Positions 16,234 to 26,615 of a stretch of DNA of 44,809 bases are shown here, piece after piece (positions within the stretch are counted from its first letter, which is position 1; the number at the start of each line of letters is the position of its first letter). The notes below the pieces were generated by a model. That model was given only the letters and a program-made list of their open reading frames with translations. It did no database searches and was not told where the DNA came from. The stretch is from a virus (taxonomy: Duplodnaviria > Heunggongvirae > Uroviricota > Caudoviricetes): positions 1 to 44,809 of IMG/VR virus record IMGVR_UViG_3300042868_008486; one strand, given 5' to 3'. The translations under genes were made by a program, and so were the position numbers.

Positions 16234-16725
16234 ATGGATAAGGTATTAGTATTAAACTCTGATTATACCCCAATTAACGTAACAAGTACAATACGTGGGT
16301 ATAATTTAGTTATTAAAGGTAAAGCTGAGATATTGAAGACGGGGGAAAAACCTATAGTAACCGGAAACATACCTGTGCTTAGACCTTTGATTATCAGACT
16401 ATTGAGTTACGTTAAATTTAGAGTTCGTAATCTTAAAATTAACAGACATAGAATTTTTAAAAGGGATAATTACGAATGTGCTTATTGTGGTAGTGGGAAA
16501 CATCTTACTATTGACCATATTATTCCCAAATCAAGAGGTGGGGGTAATACTTGGACTAACTTGGTTACTTGTTGTCGAAATTGTAATAGAACTAAAGATG
16601 ACAAAACACCTGATGAAGCGGGAATGAAATTAAAATACAAACCATTTGAACCTTCAATCTTTTCTAATGTAATTAATCCAACAATTGAAGATATTTGGAT
16701 TGATTTTCAAAAGACATTTAGTTAA
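16234..16725 (+). CDS. HNH endonuclease
   Basis: VLVLNSDY, RD-CAYCG, TIDHIIPKSRGG, NLVTCCRNCN. Confidence 0.9.
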   Translation: MDKVLVLNSDYTPINVTSTIRGYNLVIKGKAEILKTGEKPIVTGNIPVLRPLIIRLLSYVKFRVRNLKINRHRIFKRDNYECAYCGSGKHLTIDHIIPKSRGGGNTWTNLVTCCRNCNRTKDDKTPDEAGMKLKYKPFEPSIFSNVINPTIEDIWIDFQKTFS

Positions 16726-16826
16726 AAAACAAAGAGGTGTCTCTCGACACCTCGTTGCTAGATTTGGAACACCCCCTTTCTTTTAAAATGGTTTATTCCT
16801 TTCGGGTAACTATCCCGAAGGTAAGT

Positions 16827-18470
16827 TTAAGATAATGCTTTAGTTTTTAATGTATTAAAGACACCATCCATATTTCCACTAATTTTACTTAACGCTGGAC
16901 ATATTGCCGCTGCTAATCCTCGTTCTATTGATTGTGCAAAGTCTGAACTATCTAAACCTTGAACAATAGAATTTCTTAATATATCAAAGAAACCACCCGT
17001 CAATCCTGCATTATCTTTAACTTTATCTAACGCCTCTTCAGCGATTGATTTTGCTAATAATGGTGTTAAGTAATCACACGTTAATATTTTACCTGAAGTA
17101 TAATCACCAAGTGGTATATTTCCAATTGCTTTCACAATTGTACCGGCAACCCAACTATCTGTATTAATTCCCAATTTATTTAATAAGGTCTCAGCGATTT
17201 TTTCTTTAAAGTAACCTAAAATTCCTTCAGTTCCTAAACCAAACATACCTTTTAATGAATCCCATAATCCTTCAGATATTAATTTTGGTGATAAACCTAA
17301 ATTAACTAAATCAAATGATTCGTTAAATAATTCAGATACTGACTCTTTTTTCACTTTTGAAGACTCGGTAATCATTTTAAAACGTGCATTAATTATTTTA
17401 CTTTCTGTGACTAATGTTTTTTTTTTACTCTCAGATAACATTGATAATTTACCTTTGATGATTGATTTAAGAACATCGTCTTTAGACTCATTCATTCGTT
17501 GTTCGAATTTGTATCTTAAACCCCAACCACCATTGTTACGTTTCAAAAAGTTAATTTCATCTTCAATACCCATAATACCCCCTAAAAAGTTCATACCTTG
17601 GGTAGCACATTTATAAGCATAATCCCTAACAGTTTCAACTTCAGTAGCTCCTGCGGTTACAGGTACATTTTTCGATGCGTTTTTATATAATATTTTGATA
17701 GCTTTTCTACATTCATTTCTTGATATTTTTTGACCCTCTAAAGTTGCTGCTAATTCTTTTGCACTTGTTGCGGTCGCCCCTTTAACTGCTTGAGAACTTT
17801 TTTTCCAAACGACTAAATTTTTTGATGATTTTCCATTTTTTTGTAACACCTTATTAAATTCGTCAACAATATTTTCACCACCATTCTTAGTTAATATTGT
17901 TAACGCGTTACCTGTTAATGTGTATTCAGGTGTTCCATAAGGGGCTTCTGTAAATGTATATCCTATTTTATCAAAAAAGTTTTTAACATTTGGCATTTGG
18001 TCAATCCAATTATTTGTAATACCAACTGATTGGTAAATAAAATGTACCCCTTTTTCTGGAAACGTTTGAGAATTGATGGAGTTTAAGTCGACCGCTTTAT
18101 AAGTTCCTTTGTCTATTTCACCACGACCACCAGGAATATCTGATAATCTTTTATAACCTGTATTTTGTGCAAGTAACGCCTCTACAACCTTTTTTTGGTC
18201 AGGACCTAATGGTAAATCAATTTTACCTTTAACCGCTTCACAAGCACTATATGTACCTTCATTATTTAGTTTACCATTAGTACCATAAGCTTTATAAGTA
18301 AAATCATCATATAAAAACACAATACCTTTACCCGGTACACTTTGTCTTAACGCAGGTTTTTTAGTGTTTTCATCAGTAACCAATTGATAACCCTTCCAAC
18401 CACAATCACGTAATAATAACGTTAATGTTTCATTTTGGGTAGTTTCTTGTTCTTTTATAACTCGTTTCAT
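16827..18470 (-). CDS. hypothetical protein, probable virion/late protein
   Basis: 547 aa; many hydrophobic-x-E-S/G/Q motifs. Confidence 0.7.
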   Translation of the reverse strand: MKRVIKEQETTQNETLTLLLRDCGWKGYQLVTDENTKKPALRQSVPGKGIVFLYDDFTYKAYGTNGKLNNEGTYSACEAVKGKIDLPLGPDQKKVVEALLAQNTGYKRLSDIPGGRGEIDKGTYKAVDLNSINSQTFPEKGVHFIYQSVGITNNWIDQMPNVKNFFDKIGYTFTEAPYGTPEYTLTGNALTILTKNGGENIVDEFNKVLQKNGKSSKNLVVWKKSSQAVKGATATSAKELAATLEGQKISRNECRKAIKILYKNASKNVPVTAGATEVETVRDYAYKCATQGMNFLGGIMGIEDEINFLKRNNGGWGLRYKFEQRMNESKDDVLKSIIKGKLSMLSESKKKTLVTESKIINARFKMITESSKVKKESVSELFNESFDLVNLGLSPKLISEGLWDSLKGMFGLGTEGILGYFKEKIAETLLNKLGINTDSWVAGTIVKAIGNIPLGDYTSGKILTCDYLTPLLAKSIAEEALDKVKDNAGLTGGFFDILRNSIVQGLDSSDFAQSIERGLAAAICPALSKISGNMDGVFNTLKTKALS

Positions 18471-18491
18471 TTTAATATTTAATATTTAGAT

Positions 18492-19562
18492 TTATTTAAA
18501 TAATGACGATGCGTTTTCGGCATCAACATCGACTAATGTATAATTATCCGCAGGATTTAGTGTTGTTGTTGTAGTTGTAGATGAACCACCACAATTTGCT
18601 TTAATTTTATCGTAAACTTCTTTAGTGATTTCAGCACCATAACCTTTATCTTTTAAAGTCTTTTCAGTGTTAGGTCCAAACTTACCATCCGCAGTTAAAC
18701 CTAAACATTGTTGAACTTCAGCAATCACTGAATTTTGACATCCTTTTTTATATGGGAAATCAGTACAATTAGTGTAGGTAGTTCCACCAGTACCACCACC
18801 TGTGTCACCACCACCTGAGCCACCATCAGTATTATCAGGTTTTGGGTTAGGTATTTTTTCATCATCATTTCCTGACATCATCCACCAAGTAACTGCCGCG
18901 GCACCTAAAATCAGTGCCATTCTTTTTCTACCTTTAGATGTTAATTTACCGGCTCCGTCAACCCAACCCCATTTTTGGAATTTACCTTTCCACCAAGTTT
19001 TACTTTTGGTTGCGTTTCGTTTAACAAAATCAAGGACTTTTTGACCTGATTTATCAAGATTTTTACCTGCCGCGGTTACTGTGTTATCGGCAGAACCTTG
19101 AGCGACTTTGGATAGTCTTTGACTATATGTTTGAGTAACCTCTTGACCTGTTTTTTTGTAAATGTCATCTAATTGACCATTTAACTTCATATTTTTTAAC
19201 TCAGTGGTTATTGCCAATTTTTCTTGAGGTGCTAATTTTTGACCTAGTTTGGTCTCAACTGCTGATTGTATTTTAGCGTAATTTTTAGTAACAAATCCAT
19301 CACCTAAGACTTTTTTAACATTACCTTTTAATAAATCCTCAGCGGTTTCTTTACTAGCATTTTTAATTACGTCATCAATTGTGTCTCTAATTGCGTCTTT
19401 AATACCTGTTTTAATTGAGGCTCTTAATGCGTCATCAGTCATACCGGCAATTGCACCTTCACGGATTAAAAACTTATTAGTCTTATTGGACATCAATTCT
19501 TGAATACGGATTGACTCCTCTAAAAACATTATTTGTTTATCTAAAAATTCTAAATCTTTCAT
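18492..19562 (-). CDS. membrane-anchored protein with peptidoglycan-binding domain
   Basis: TM segment, Gly linker, VQQCLGLTADGKFGPNT. Confidence 0.7.
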   Translation of the reverse strand: MKDLEFLDKQIMFLEESIRIQELMSNKTNKFLIREGAIAGMTDDALRASIKTGIKDAIRDTIDDVIKNASKETAEDLLKGNVKKVLGDGFVTKNYAKIQSAVETKLGQKLAPQEKLAITTELKNMKLNGQLDDIYKKTGQEVTQTYSQRLSKVAQGSADNTVTAAGKNLDKSGQKVLDFVKRNATKSKTWWKGKFQKWGWVDGAGKLTSKGRKRMALILGAAAVTWWMMSGNDDEKIPNPKPDNTDGGSGGGDTGGGTGGTTYTNCTDFPYKKGCQNSVIAEVQQCLGLTADGKFGPNTEKTLKDKGYGAEITKEVYDKIKANCGGSSTTTTTTLNPADNYTLVDVDAENASSLFK

Positions 19563-19597
19563 ACTTTTTTTTTTTATAAATACATTTTAATAAATGA

Positions 19598-21082
19598 TTA
19601 TTTCATTGAACCTTTTAATTTACCAAATTTGGATTCTAACCACGAATTTGATTTTACCATTTTATCACCAAATGATTTCATATTATCGGTCCCAACAATT
19701 TTTTCCAATCCACCTGGTTCCATTTCAATACCAAAGGCAAATGCTAATTTAGGGTCGACATTACCTGTGATTGGTAATTTATATGCCTTCTGAATATCTT
19801 TAATTGCTTGTGTTGTTTCGGGTCCGTAAATACCATCTACTTTTCCGTTATATTTTAATGTGGGAACACCACCCATATTAGCCGGAGTTTGTTTCGCTAA
19901 TAATATACCTTCTTGGACTTTTTTAACTTTATCTCCTTTATCACCTTCTTTAATTGTTTTTTCTTTAAAGAATTCTGCGATACCGACACCAATACCTGTC
20001 CCGACCGCTAGTTTACCTAACCCTTTTTTAGTTGCGATTTCTTTACCTGTTTTAATTAACGCTTCTTTACCAACATTTAATCCAAATGTTTCACTAATCC
20101 AACTAACCATTTTAGTTATTATAGTATCAATACCTGAGAATACTTTACCAATAAACCCACCAATATTTTTACCAAAAACTTTAACTATGAATTTTTGAGC
20201 ATCACCTAAAAATTTACTTAACATTGGTAATTTTTTAATTAATTTTGTTAAAATACCTTTAGCCGCTGGACTTTTAGCTCCGGCCTTAACCGCTTGTTTT
20301 AATGTGACACCCGCAGCCTTACCTGCCGCCGCAGTGAATAATAAAGATAGAATATCAGTTATTAAAAATAAAAATGGCATTTGTTGTCTTTCAGGGTCTT
20401 CAGGGTCGTAATCATTTGATAATATCTCATAGATATCTAACACAACAATTAACCCCCATATTGCTCTCATAACTACAACAGTTGGGAACATTGATAATAT
20501 CACATCGGCAATAATACCAATATAACTATTTAAATTACGTCGTACCCAACGTAAAAATGGTAATACACCTTTTTTCAATATAGGTATAATGACTTTTTGA
20601 GCCACAACACTTACACCCTTTTTAATACCTTCCCACGCACTACTAGCGACTGACTTAACACCGTTCCACGCTTTACTCGCACCTGACTTGATACTATCCC
20701 ATAAACCTTCACAAATAACACTAACCTCATCCCAAGATTCGTTGATTATTGTTTTAGTAACTTCTTTATTGGTAGTTTCAGTTATTAAATAATTTTTGTC
20801 AAATTTTTTATCCCATTCAATTAAAATATTCATTTTATCGTTAGGTGATGATACTAAGTTTTCAAGTACCATATTTAAAAACTTTCTAGGTGTTGACACC
20901 CATTCTGTCAAAGATAATTGACCCTTATTATAACGATATTCAGAATCTGATTTATTAATCTTATATAGATTTGAAATAAGATTTGAATTGTATGGTACGA
21001 ATACTGCAGATTCTTCTAAGATATAAAACCCTTTAGTTGTAAAAATAAATTTTTCATCATTAGAAATTCCTATATATTTCAT
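19598..21082 (-). CDS. hydrophobic protein with C-terminal peptidoglycan-binding domain
   Basis: KEGDKGDKVKKVQ...DGIYGPETTQAIKDIQKAYKLPITG. Confidence 0.72.
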   Translation of the reverse strand: MKYIGISNDEKFIFTTKGFYILEESAVFVPYNSNLISNLYKINKSDSEYRYNKGQLSLTEWVSTPRKFLNMVLENLVSSPNDKMNILIEWDKKFDKNYLITETTNKEVTKTIINESWDEVSVICEGLWDSIKSGASKAWNGVKSVASSAWEGIKKGVSVVAQKVIIPILKKGVLPFLRWVRRNLNSYIGIIADVILSMFPTVVVMRAIWGLIVVLDIYEILSNDYDPEDPERQQMPFLFLITDILSLLFTAAAGKAAGVTLKQAVKAGAKSPAAKGILTKLIKKLPMLSKFLGDAQKFIVKVFGKNIGGFIGKVFSGIDTIITKMVSWISETFGLNVGKEALIKTGKEIATKKGLGKLAVGTGIGVGIAEFFKEKTIKEGDKGDKVKKVQEGILLAKQTPANMGGVPTLKYNGKVDGIYGPETTQAIKDIQKAYKLPITGNVDPKLAFAFGIEMEPGGLEKIVGTDNMKSFGDKMVKSNSWLESKFGKLKGSMK

Positions 21083-21108
21083 ATTGTTTTAATTTATAAA
21101 TATTACGA

Positions 21109-21363
21109 CTATAGTAAAGTATTTGCTTTACCACGATTTATTTTAACGATGTCAGCCCATTTAGTTAACCCTATTTGGTTTGCGGGTCCTCTAGTCACAC
21201 CTGACTCCCATTTTGTAACTGTGGGATATGGGGGTTTACCACCACCTCCACCACCTGTACTCGGTGCTGCGGCGGGAGCGGCATCTTGTTCCCCAAGTTC
21301 TGACGAATCATCAATATTCGTGAAATGGTTTAAAAGACTTATTATGTTATCAATATTGCTCAT
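21109..21363 (-). CDS. small hypothetical protein
   Basis: 84 aa; internal repeat KW...RGPAN / KW...RGKAN. Confidence 0.7.
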   Translation of the reverse strand: MSNIDNIISLLNHFTNIDDSSELGEQDAAPAAAPSTGGGGGGKPPYPTVTKWESGVTRGPANQIGLTKWADIVKINRGKANTLL

Positions 21364-21424
21364 ATAGTATAAATATTTTTGTTTTCATAAATATTTTAAT
21401 ATCTTTGTTGAAAATGTGAACCCT

Positions 21425-21940
21425 ATGAAATATATTGTAATAATCGTAATCTCTCTGTTAACATTAACATCTTGTTATAAACAGTATTCCCAACCAAAAA
21501 CCTTATCATTAAGTGGTGAGTATATCGTGGATAAAATCACGTATTCTAAAATTGAGAATTCAACAACTCCTGACGAGACAGTGTATTATGGTGGTGACAT
21601 TTATGTTAATCCTAATGGGACATTCCCTATGGATAGTATAAGTGTTGGATTCACACGTTGGCATTTAGACTATAGTGTAATATCGTTTGACCCACATACC
21701 TTAAATACAGGTCAAGTTATTTGGGAAAAACAATATTTCTACACGGTTACAAATCATTACACTAACTATGATTTAGGTTATCTTGACTTCACAATGGATA
21801 ATGGGGGTCGACGAGTATTTAAAATAATTGATGATGGTGTTGAAAACCTGGTATTAAGAACTACGGGTCAATGGGGAGCTTACGGAGCGTCAGGTCCTGA
21901 AGAATCTTTGACACTTTATTTAACTAGAGTAGGTCCATAA
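21425..21940 (+). CDS. lipoprotein
   Basis: Signal with LTSC lipobox; own TATCTTTG promoter. Confidence 0.7.
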   Translation: MKYIVIIVISLLTLTSCYKQYSQPKTLSLSGEYIVDKITYSKIENSTTPDETVYYGGDIYVNPNGTFPMDSISVGFTRWHLDYSVISFDPHTLNTGQVIWEKQYFYTVTNHYTNYDLGYLDFTMDNGGRRVFKIIDDGVENLVLRTTGQWGAYGASGPEESLTLYLTRVGP

Positions 21941-21968
21941 AAAAACCCCTCTTTATCGGAGGGGCTTT
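21940..21968. terminator. terminator between convergent genes
   Basis: AAAACCCCTC...GAGGGGCTTT. Confidence 0.7.
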
Positions 21969-21973
21969 AATAT

Positions 21974-22291
21974 TTAAAATAGTTCTGACTTAGGTAGTCT
22001 TTTTGGATTTACTAAGTAATATTCATTAAGAAATGAAATTACCTCATCGTCGTCAATATCATACTCATCCGAGTAATCAAACGCATCTGAGAATTCATCA
22101 TCAAAGTCTTCACCAAACGCGTCACTAATTTTATTCTTAGAATCAAAATCAAACCCAAAACCGATAGTTTCATCTAAATCTATTTGGTCTGTTCTAATTT
22201 CATCTTCTTTGTCAAATAACAATCTAAATGTCACATCTAATGTTTCTGATGTTTCATTGATATAAAAGGATACTAATTCTTTAACTTCCAT
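21974..22291 (-). CDS. acidic hypothetical protein
   Basis: 105-aa ORF. Confidence 0.7.
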   Translation of the reverse strand: MEVKELVSFYINETSETLDVTFRLLFDKEDEIRTDQIDLDETIGFGFDFDSKNKISDAFGEDFDDEFSDAFDYSDEYDIDDDEVISFLNEYYLVNPKRLPKSELF

Positions 22292-22342
22292 AATTTAATC
22301 TTTAATTAAAAAATATCTGAAAACTTATTAAAAGTTAATATA

Positions 22343-23074
22343 TTAGTTATATTTTTTAAATCTTTTGAACATATCCAATGATTTGTTAACTTGTTCCATA
22401 ATTGGTTCAGCGTCTTCATCATCAATACCTAATTCAAATGAAAATTCATCATCATTTGATTCTTCATTGTCGTGAGTCAAATCAAGACTAAATTCAACAT
22501 TATCGTCACCATATTCGTCATCATCAAATGGTATAATATCACCTAAATCGAAATTTTCGATATCACCATCAAAATCAACTGTTCCGTGTTTAACATCACT
22601 ATCTCTGTCGGCAATCATATCCAATGGTGCTCCAAATCTGTCTTCTTGTAATTCAAAATCAAATTCAGTGTCATAATCAACGTCGTGTTTCGGCCAATCT
22701 TCAGATGGGTCTTCCTCATAATGGAATGGTCTTTTAGCTGGTTTACTAAAATGTTTTTTAATGTCGGACTTTGCAGATTTTTCGGCTTTAGGGTTAGAAT
22801 AATCATCTTCTTCCGCAGAAAATAAACCTGTGGACTTATTATCAAATCTCATTTCATTGATACTTTCATTTATTCCAAAGTTTTTATAACCACTAACTTC
22901 ACCTCTACTATTAACAGTAACACCTTCTTTATCTTTGGCCATATCAACTACGTATAATGGTGTCATATTATTACCATTACCATATTCTGTCACATAACCA
23001 TCATAAGTTGTTTTATGTTTATCTAATATGTTTTCTCTTTCTTCGTTTGTTACATCGAAATAATATTTTCTCAT
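22343..23074 (-). CDS. acidic hypothetical protein, probable late protein
   Basis: 243 aa, TATTTAT motif upstream. Confidence 0.7.
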   Translation of the reverse strand: MRKYYFDVTNEERENILDKHKTTYDGYVTEYGNGNNMTPLYVVDMAKDKEGVTVNSRGEVSGYKNFGINESINEMRFDNKSTGLFSAEEDDYSNPKAEKSAKSDIKKHFSKPAKRPFHYEEDPSEDWPKHDVDYDTEFDFELQEDRFGAPLDMIADRDSDVKHGTVDFDGDIENFDLGDIIPFDDDEYGDDNVEFSLDLTHDNEESNDDEFSFELGIDDEDAEPIMEQVNKSLDMFKRFKKYN

Positions 23075-23107
23075 AATTTTTGTTTTCTTATAAATATCGT
23101 TTATTGA

Positions 23108-23833
23108 TTAATAATCATCATCTTCATCCTCTTCGTCCTCATACCCGTCTTCATAGTAATCTTCATCCTCGTCCTCATCATCAAGAGTACTGTCAAATTC
23201 TTTTGACATTGGAAACGACATATATATTTGCATAAGAGTTGAAGTATCCCTTCTCATACGTCTCTCAACTGATTGGGGGGTAATTTCTTTATCTTCATCC
23301 TCAAGCATAGACATTGCTCCTGAAATCATCACATTACGAACTTCATCTGCGTGTTCTAATGCGTATTTTAACGCTTTTTTATTACTAATGTTTTTATATG
23401 TGATAAAATGTTCTAATCTTTCTTTACCACAAGATAAGAAATACCCTGATTCCAACATATTAACAATACTTGTTGCTCGAATAGCGGTTAAAAATAACTT
23501 TATTTTTTTCCAATCGTAGTTTTTTAATATTTGACGATTTTTTAAAACAAAGTCTGACATTGATTTTTGACTCTCAGTTAACTTTTTTCTAGGTTTAACT
23601 GACTCAGTACGTCTTTTTCTTCGGTTATTAAAGTCTTCCTCATATAACCATATATCTTCACCTGAGATTAAGTTAAGACGAGAACCATTGTCCCAATCGA
23701 CATAATATAAGTCATCCCCAAAAACATTACTTGAACTTAAAACGGTTCCCGCAGTTCCCGGTGGGACTGCAGAATAAGGGTCGGACATTTTGAGTACTAC
23801 TACTCTATCACCTTTTTGTAATTCTGGATTCAT
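23108..23833 (-). CDS. DUF4314-like domain protein with acidic tail
   Basis: GDRV..MSDPY..PPGTAGTV..VDWDNGSRLNLI.GED. Confidence 0.65.
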   Translation of the reverse strand: MNPELQKGDRVVVLKMSDPYSAVPPGTAGTVLSSSNVFGDDLYYVDWDNGSRLNLISGEDIWLYEEDFNNRRKRRTESVKPRKKLTESQKSMSDFVLKNRQILKNYDWKKIKLFLTAIRATSIVNMLESGYFLSCGKERLEHFITYKNISNKKALKYALEHADEVRNVMISGAMSMLEDEDKEITPQSVERRMRRDTSTLMQIYMSFPMSKEFDSTLDDEDEDEDYYEDGYEDEEDEDDDY

Positions 23834-23879
23834 ATTTTGATTTTATTAGATAAATATAATTAATAAGGTATTTATATGT

Positions 23880-24515
23880 ATGAGAAAAACTATTTTAATA
23901 ACTGAAGCACAACAACGTGTAATTTTGTGCGAGTTGGCTAATAAGGAAATTGATAGTACTATTGGTGAAAACGATAAATTAGTTAAACGAATCGCGAAAC
24001 AAGCGTCAGACCAAATTAAATTTGATTTAAGTATATTGGGTACTTTTAGTTTGGCTATTGGTGGTTTAATGGGTCCGTTGGAAAAGTTCATTCACGGTGA
24101 ATACCCTGAAATGTCAACTATGGAGATTAGTTTATTGTTAGCGGGCGTTGGGTTCCAATATATGTTGGATAATAAAGTTCCGTTATCAAAGTTAATTCAA
24201 AAGATTAAAGAAGATGGTTTGTACGATATCTACCAAAAAGTTCTTAAAAAATCTGACGTATTAAAAGATTCTTTCTTATCATTTGTTGATAGTTTAGGGG
24301 TTAGTGTTAAAAAGACCGCAAATATTATGGGATACACATTCTTAATCCCGTTAATCCCCCTTATATATAATATGGTAACTAATGGTCAATTCAGTGAGAA
24401 TGATACCGTTGAAATAATTAAAAGATTGTCAGGATTTGTCGGTCTTAATTATGGTGGTATTGGTTTAAAAGAATTGTTGTCATTAATGGTTGCCCGTTTC
24501 CGTAAAGAAAAATAA
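23880..24515 (+). CDS. hypothetical protein
   Basis: 211 aa, starts MRKTILITEAQ. Confidence 0.7.
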   Translation: MRKTILITEAQQRVILCELANKEIDSTIGENDKLVKRIAKQASDQIKFDLSILGTFSLAIGGLMGPLEKFIHGEYPEMSTMEISLLLAGVGFQYMLDNKVPLSKLIQKIKEDGLYDIYQKVLKKSDVLKDSFLSFVDSLGVSVKKTANIMGYTFLIPLIPLIYNMVTNGQFSENDTVEIIKRLSGFVGLNYGGIGLKELLSLMVARFRKEK

Positions 24516-24586
24516 CATTAAATTTGACTTTTATTAAAATGATATTATAATTGGAATACAATAATAAAATCAATAAATAAAAATTT

Positions 24587-25075
24587 ATGTTTAACAAAAA
24601 TTACCCAAGCATCTTTGATAGCTTTTTAAGTAATGAGACAGATTTATTCGAATCTTTCTTCAATCAATTTAACAAAACGTTAAAACCAACAGTTGGTGAA
24701 ACTAAAACTGAAAGTGGGGTTAATGAAGATGGTAGTAAATGGTACAAAACTACATTCACATCTAAAGATGGTAGTTACACTCAGTCAGTGTATTCTTCAA
24801 CACCTAACTTATCTAAAACTTGGACACCAAAAAGTAAAACTAAAACAACCGTTACTGACTCAACAATTACTGAATTGACTGAGAATTTAAATAAAGCGGT
24901 TGAGGCTCAAGATTACGAAAATGCGGTTAAATGGAGAGACGAAATTAAGGCTTATGAGAAAAACGCTGATGAGGTTAACACATTGAAGTCTAAATTAGAA
25001 ACTGCGGTTTCAACTCAAAATTATGAGGACGCAATCAAATTGAGAGACAAAATCAATAAATTGACTAATAAGTAA
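24587..25075 (+). CDS. protein with two UvrB/UvrC (UVR) motifs
   Basis: AVEAQDYENAVKWRDEI and AVSTQNYEDAIKLRDKI. Confidence 0.8.
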   Translation: MFNKNYPSIFDSFLSNETDLFESFFNQFNKTLKPTVGETKTESGVNEDGSKWYKTTFTSKDGSYTQSVYSSTPNLSKTWTPKSKTKTTVTDSTITELTENLNKAVEAQDYENAVKWRDEIKAYEKNADEVNTLKSKLETAVSTQNYEDAIKLRDKINKLTNK

Positions 25076-25092
25076 TATTAGTTCATATAAAA

Positions 25093-25125
25093 TAAAAAAG
25101 GTCATATAACTATGACCTTTTTTTT
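25093..25125. terminator. bidirectional terminator
   Basis: AAAAAGGTCATA-taac-TATGACCTTTTT. Confidence 0.8.
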
Positions 25126-26140
25126 ATCTCTGATAATTTAATATTTGTGTTTTAACTTGTTCTTCCTCATCAGGTGTTAAACCGTGAATGTCTCTATGGT
25201 TCTCAAACCAATCATTAACAACCACATCAATTGGTACTTTCCTTAATTTGGCTAGTCGTTTAAATCCTTGGTATTGTGCGGGAATTTCGTGAGCCTGTGT
25301 ATAATACTCTAAAGATGTGTCAGGTTCGTCTACAACTCTTTCAAATTCCCCGTGATATTCTTGTTTAGAATGTTCCATTTCGTGAGCCAAGACTTCATTT
25401 AATTCGCCAGCCAATTCGTATAGTTGTTTTGTTATAGTATTTGGGTTGTATTCGATTCCAATTTCAATAACATCGTCATCGGGGGAATAATAACCTTCTA
25501 CTTTATAACCACCAATAATGTCGTTTAATTTTAATGTTAATTCAACAGAATATGTTTGTTTAGAGTTGATGAAACTATATTCCTGTTCACCATTAATATC
25601 TTCAGGTAAAAACACACCACCTTCTTTTTTATCTTTAACTGTATTAAGAATGTCTTTAACGATAGTTCTAATTGCTAGTCGATTCATACGAATTTCATTT
25701 AATTGTTTTGTGTCCAACTCAAGTTCTGACGAATATACTAAAATTTGCTCAATTTTAAAATGTTTAATTTGTAATGGTTCTAAAAATTCTAAAATTTCTT
25801 GTTCAATTTGTCCTAACACATACAATTGGTTCATTAAATCCATAATATCCATAATACCATTATTCTCATTAAAGTCAAAATTGCTCTCTTTAAAAAGAGT
25901 AAGGACTTTTTTAAATGTTTCATTTAAATTAAAAATGGTTACGGAAATCGTGTAAAATTCAGTCCAATCACCAATTCTTACCATTTTTTTATTTTCGGGT
26001 AAAAATTGGAACATATAATCAAATGAATAATAATCTTTTTTAAATTTAAAATGTTTTTTAACTAATCTTTTATTGATGTTATCAATAACTTTTTTTGGTA
26101 AAACTTTATTTACAGTTTTTATGTCTTTTTTGTCGTCCAT
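25124..26140 (-). CDS. hypothetical protein with HExxH motif
   Basis: LAHEMEHSKQ...YY...HEIPA. Confidence 0.65.
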   Translation of the reverse strand: MDDKKDIKTVNKVLPKKVIDNINKRLVKKHFKFKKDYYSFDYMFQFLPENKKMVRIGDWTEFYTISVTIFNLNETFKKVLTLFKESNFDFNENNGIMDIMDLMNQLYVLGQIEQEILEFLEPLQIKHFKIEQILVYSSELELDTKQLNEIRMNRLAIRTIVKDILNTVKDKKEGGVFLPEDINGEQEYSFINSKQTYSVELTLKLNDIIGGYKVEGYYSPDDDVIEIGIEYNPNTITKQLYELAGELNEVLAHEMEHSKQEYHGEFERVVDEPDTSLEYYTQAHEIPAQYQGFKRLAKLRKVPIDVVVNDWFENHRDIHGLTPDEEEQVKTQILNYQR

Positions 26141-26204
26141 ATCTTAATTCAATATACTTATAAATACCAAATATGGTATTAAACTCAACCTCATTTATTT
26201 TTTT

Positions 26205-26615
26205 ATGGAATTAATATCAAGTCACCCGATTAAAAAGTCGGATTTAGGCTTTCACGGGAACCTATTCGGTGGGTCATTATTAAAGTGGATTGATTCGGCT
26301 GCGGCGGGATATGCAATGCAACTATGTGATACACCAAGAATGGTTACTGTCTCAATCGACAAATGTAATTTTGAAAAACCTGCAAAGGAAAATCAATTGT
26401 TAAAAATCTATGGTTACCCCTCAAGAATAGGGAATACCTCAATAACAATTTATATGGAGGCTAGGTCCCATAATGTTTACACCGGTAAACAAGAATTAGT
26501 TTTGAAAACAAATATCACATTTGTTAGGATTGATGATACAGGTTCCCCAATTCCAATTAGTGACAGAGTAAAAAATAAGATTAATAAGATAATCGAAGAG
26601 ATTGTATTAGTCTAA
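26205..26615 (+). CDS. acyl-CoA thioesterase (hotdog, YciA-like)
   Basis: DLGFHGNLFGGSLLKWID, VTVSID, GNTS, TFVRID. Confidence 0.88.
   Translation: MELISSHPIKKSDLGFHGNLFGGSLLKWIDSAAAGYAMQLCDTPRMVTVSIDKCNFEKPAKENQLLKIYGYPSRIGNTSITIYMEARSHNVYTGKQELVLKTNITFVRIDDTGSPIPISDRVKNKINKIIEEIVLV

Noticed and set aside
16234-16725. HNH as intron-borne homing element
   Set aside because: Free-standing gene with no interrupted host gene or intron structure seen
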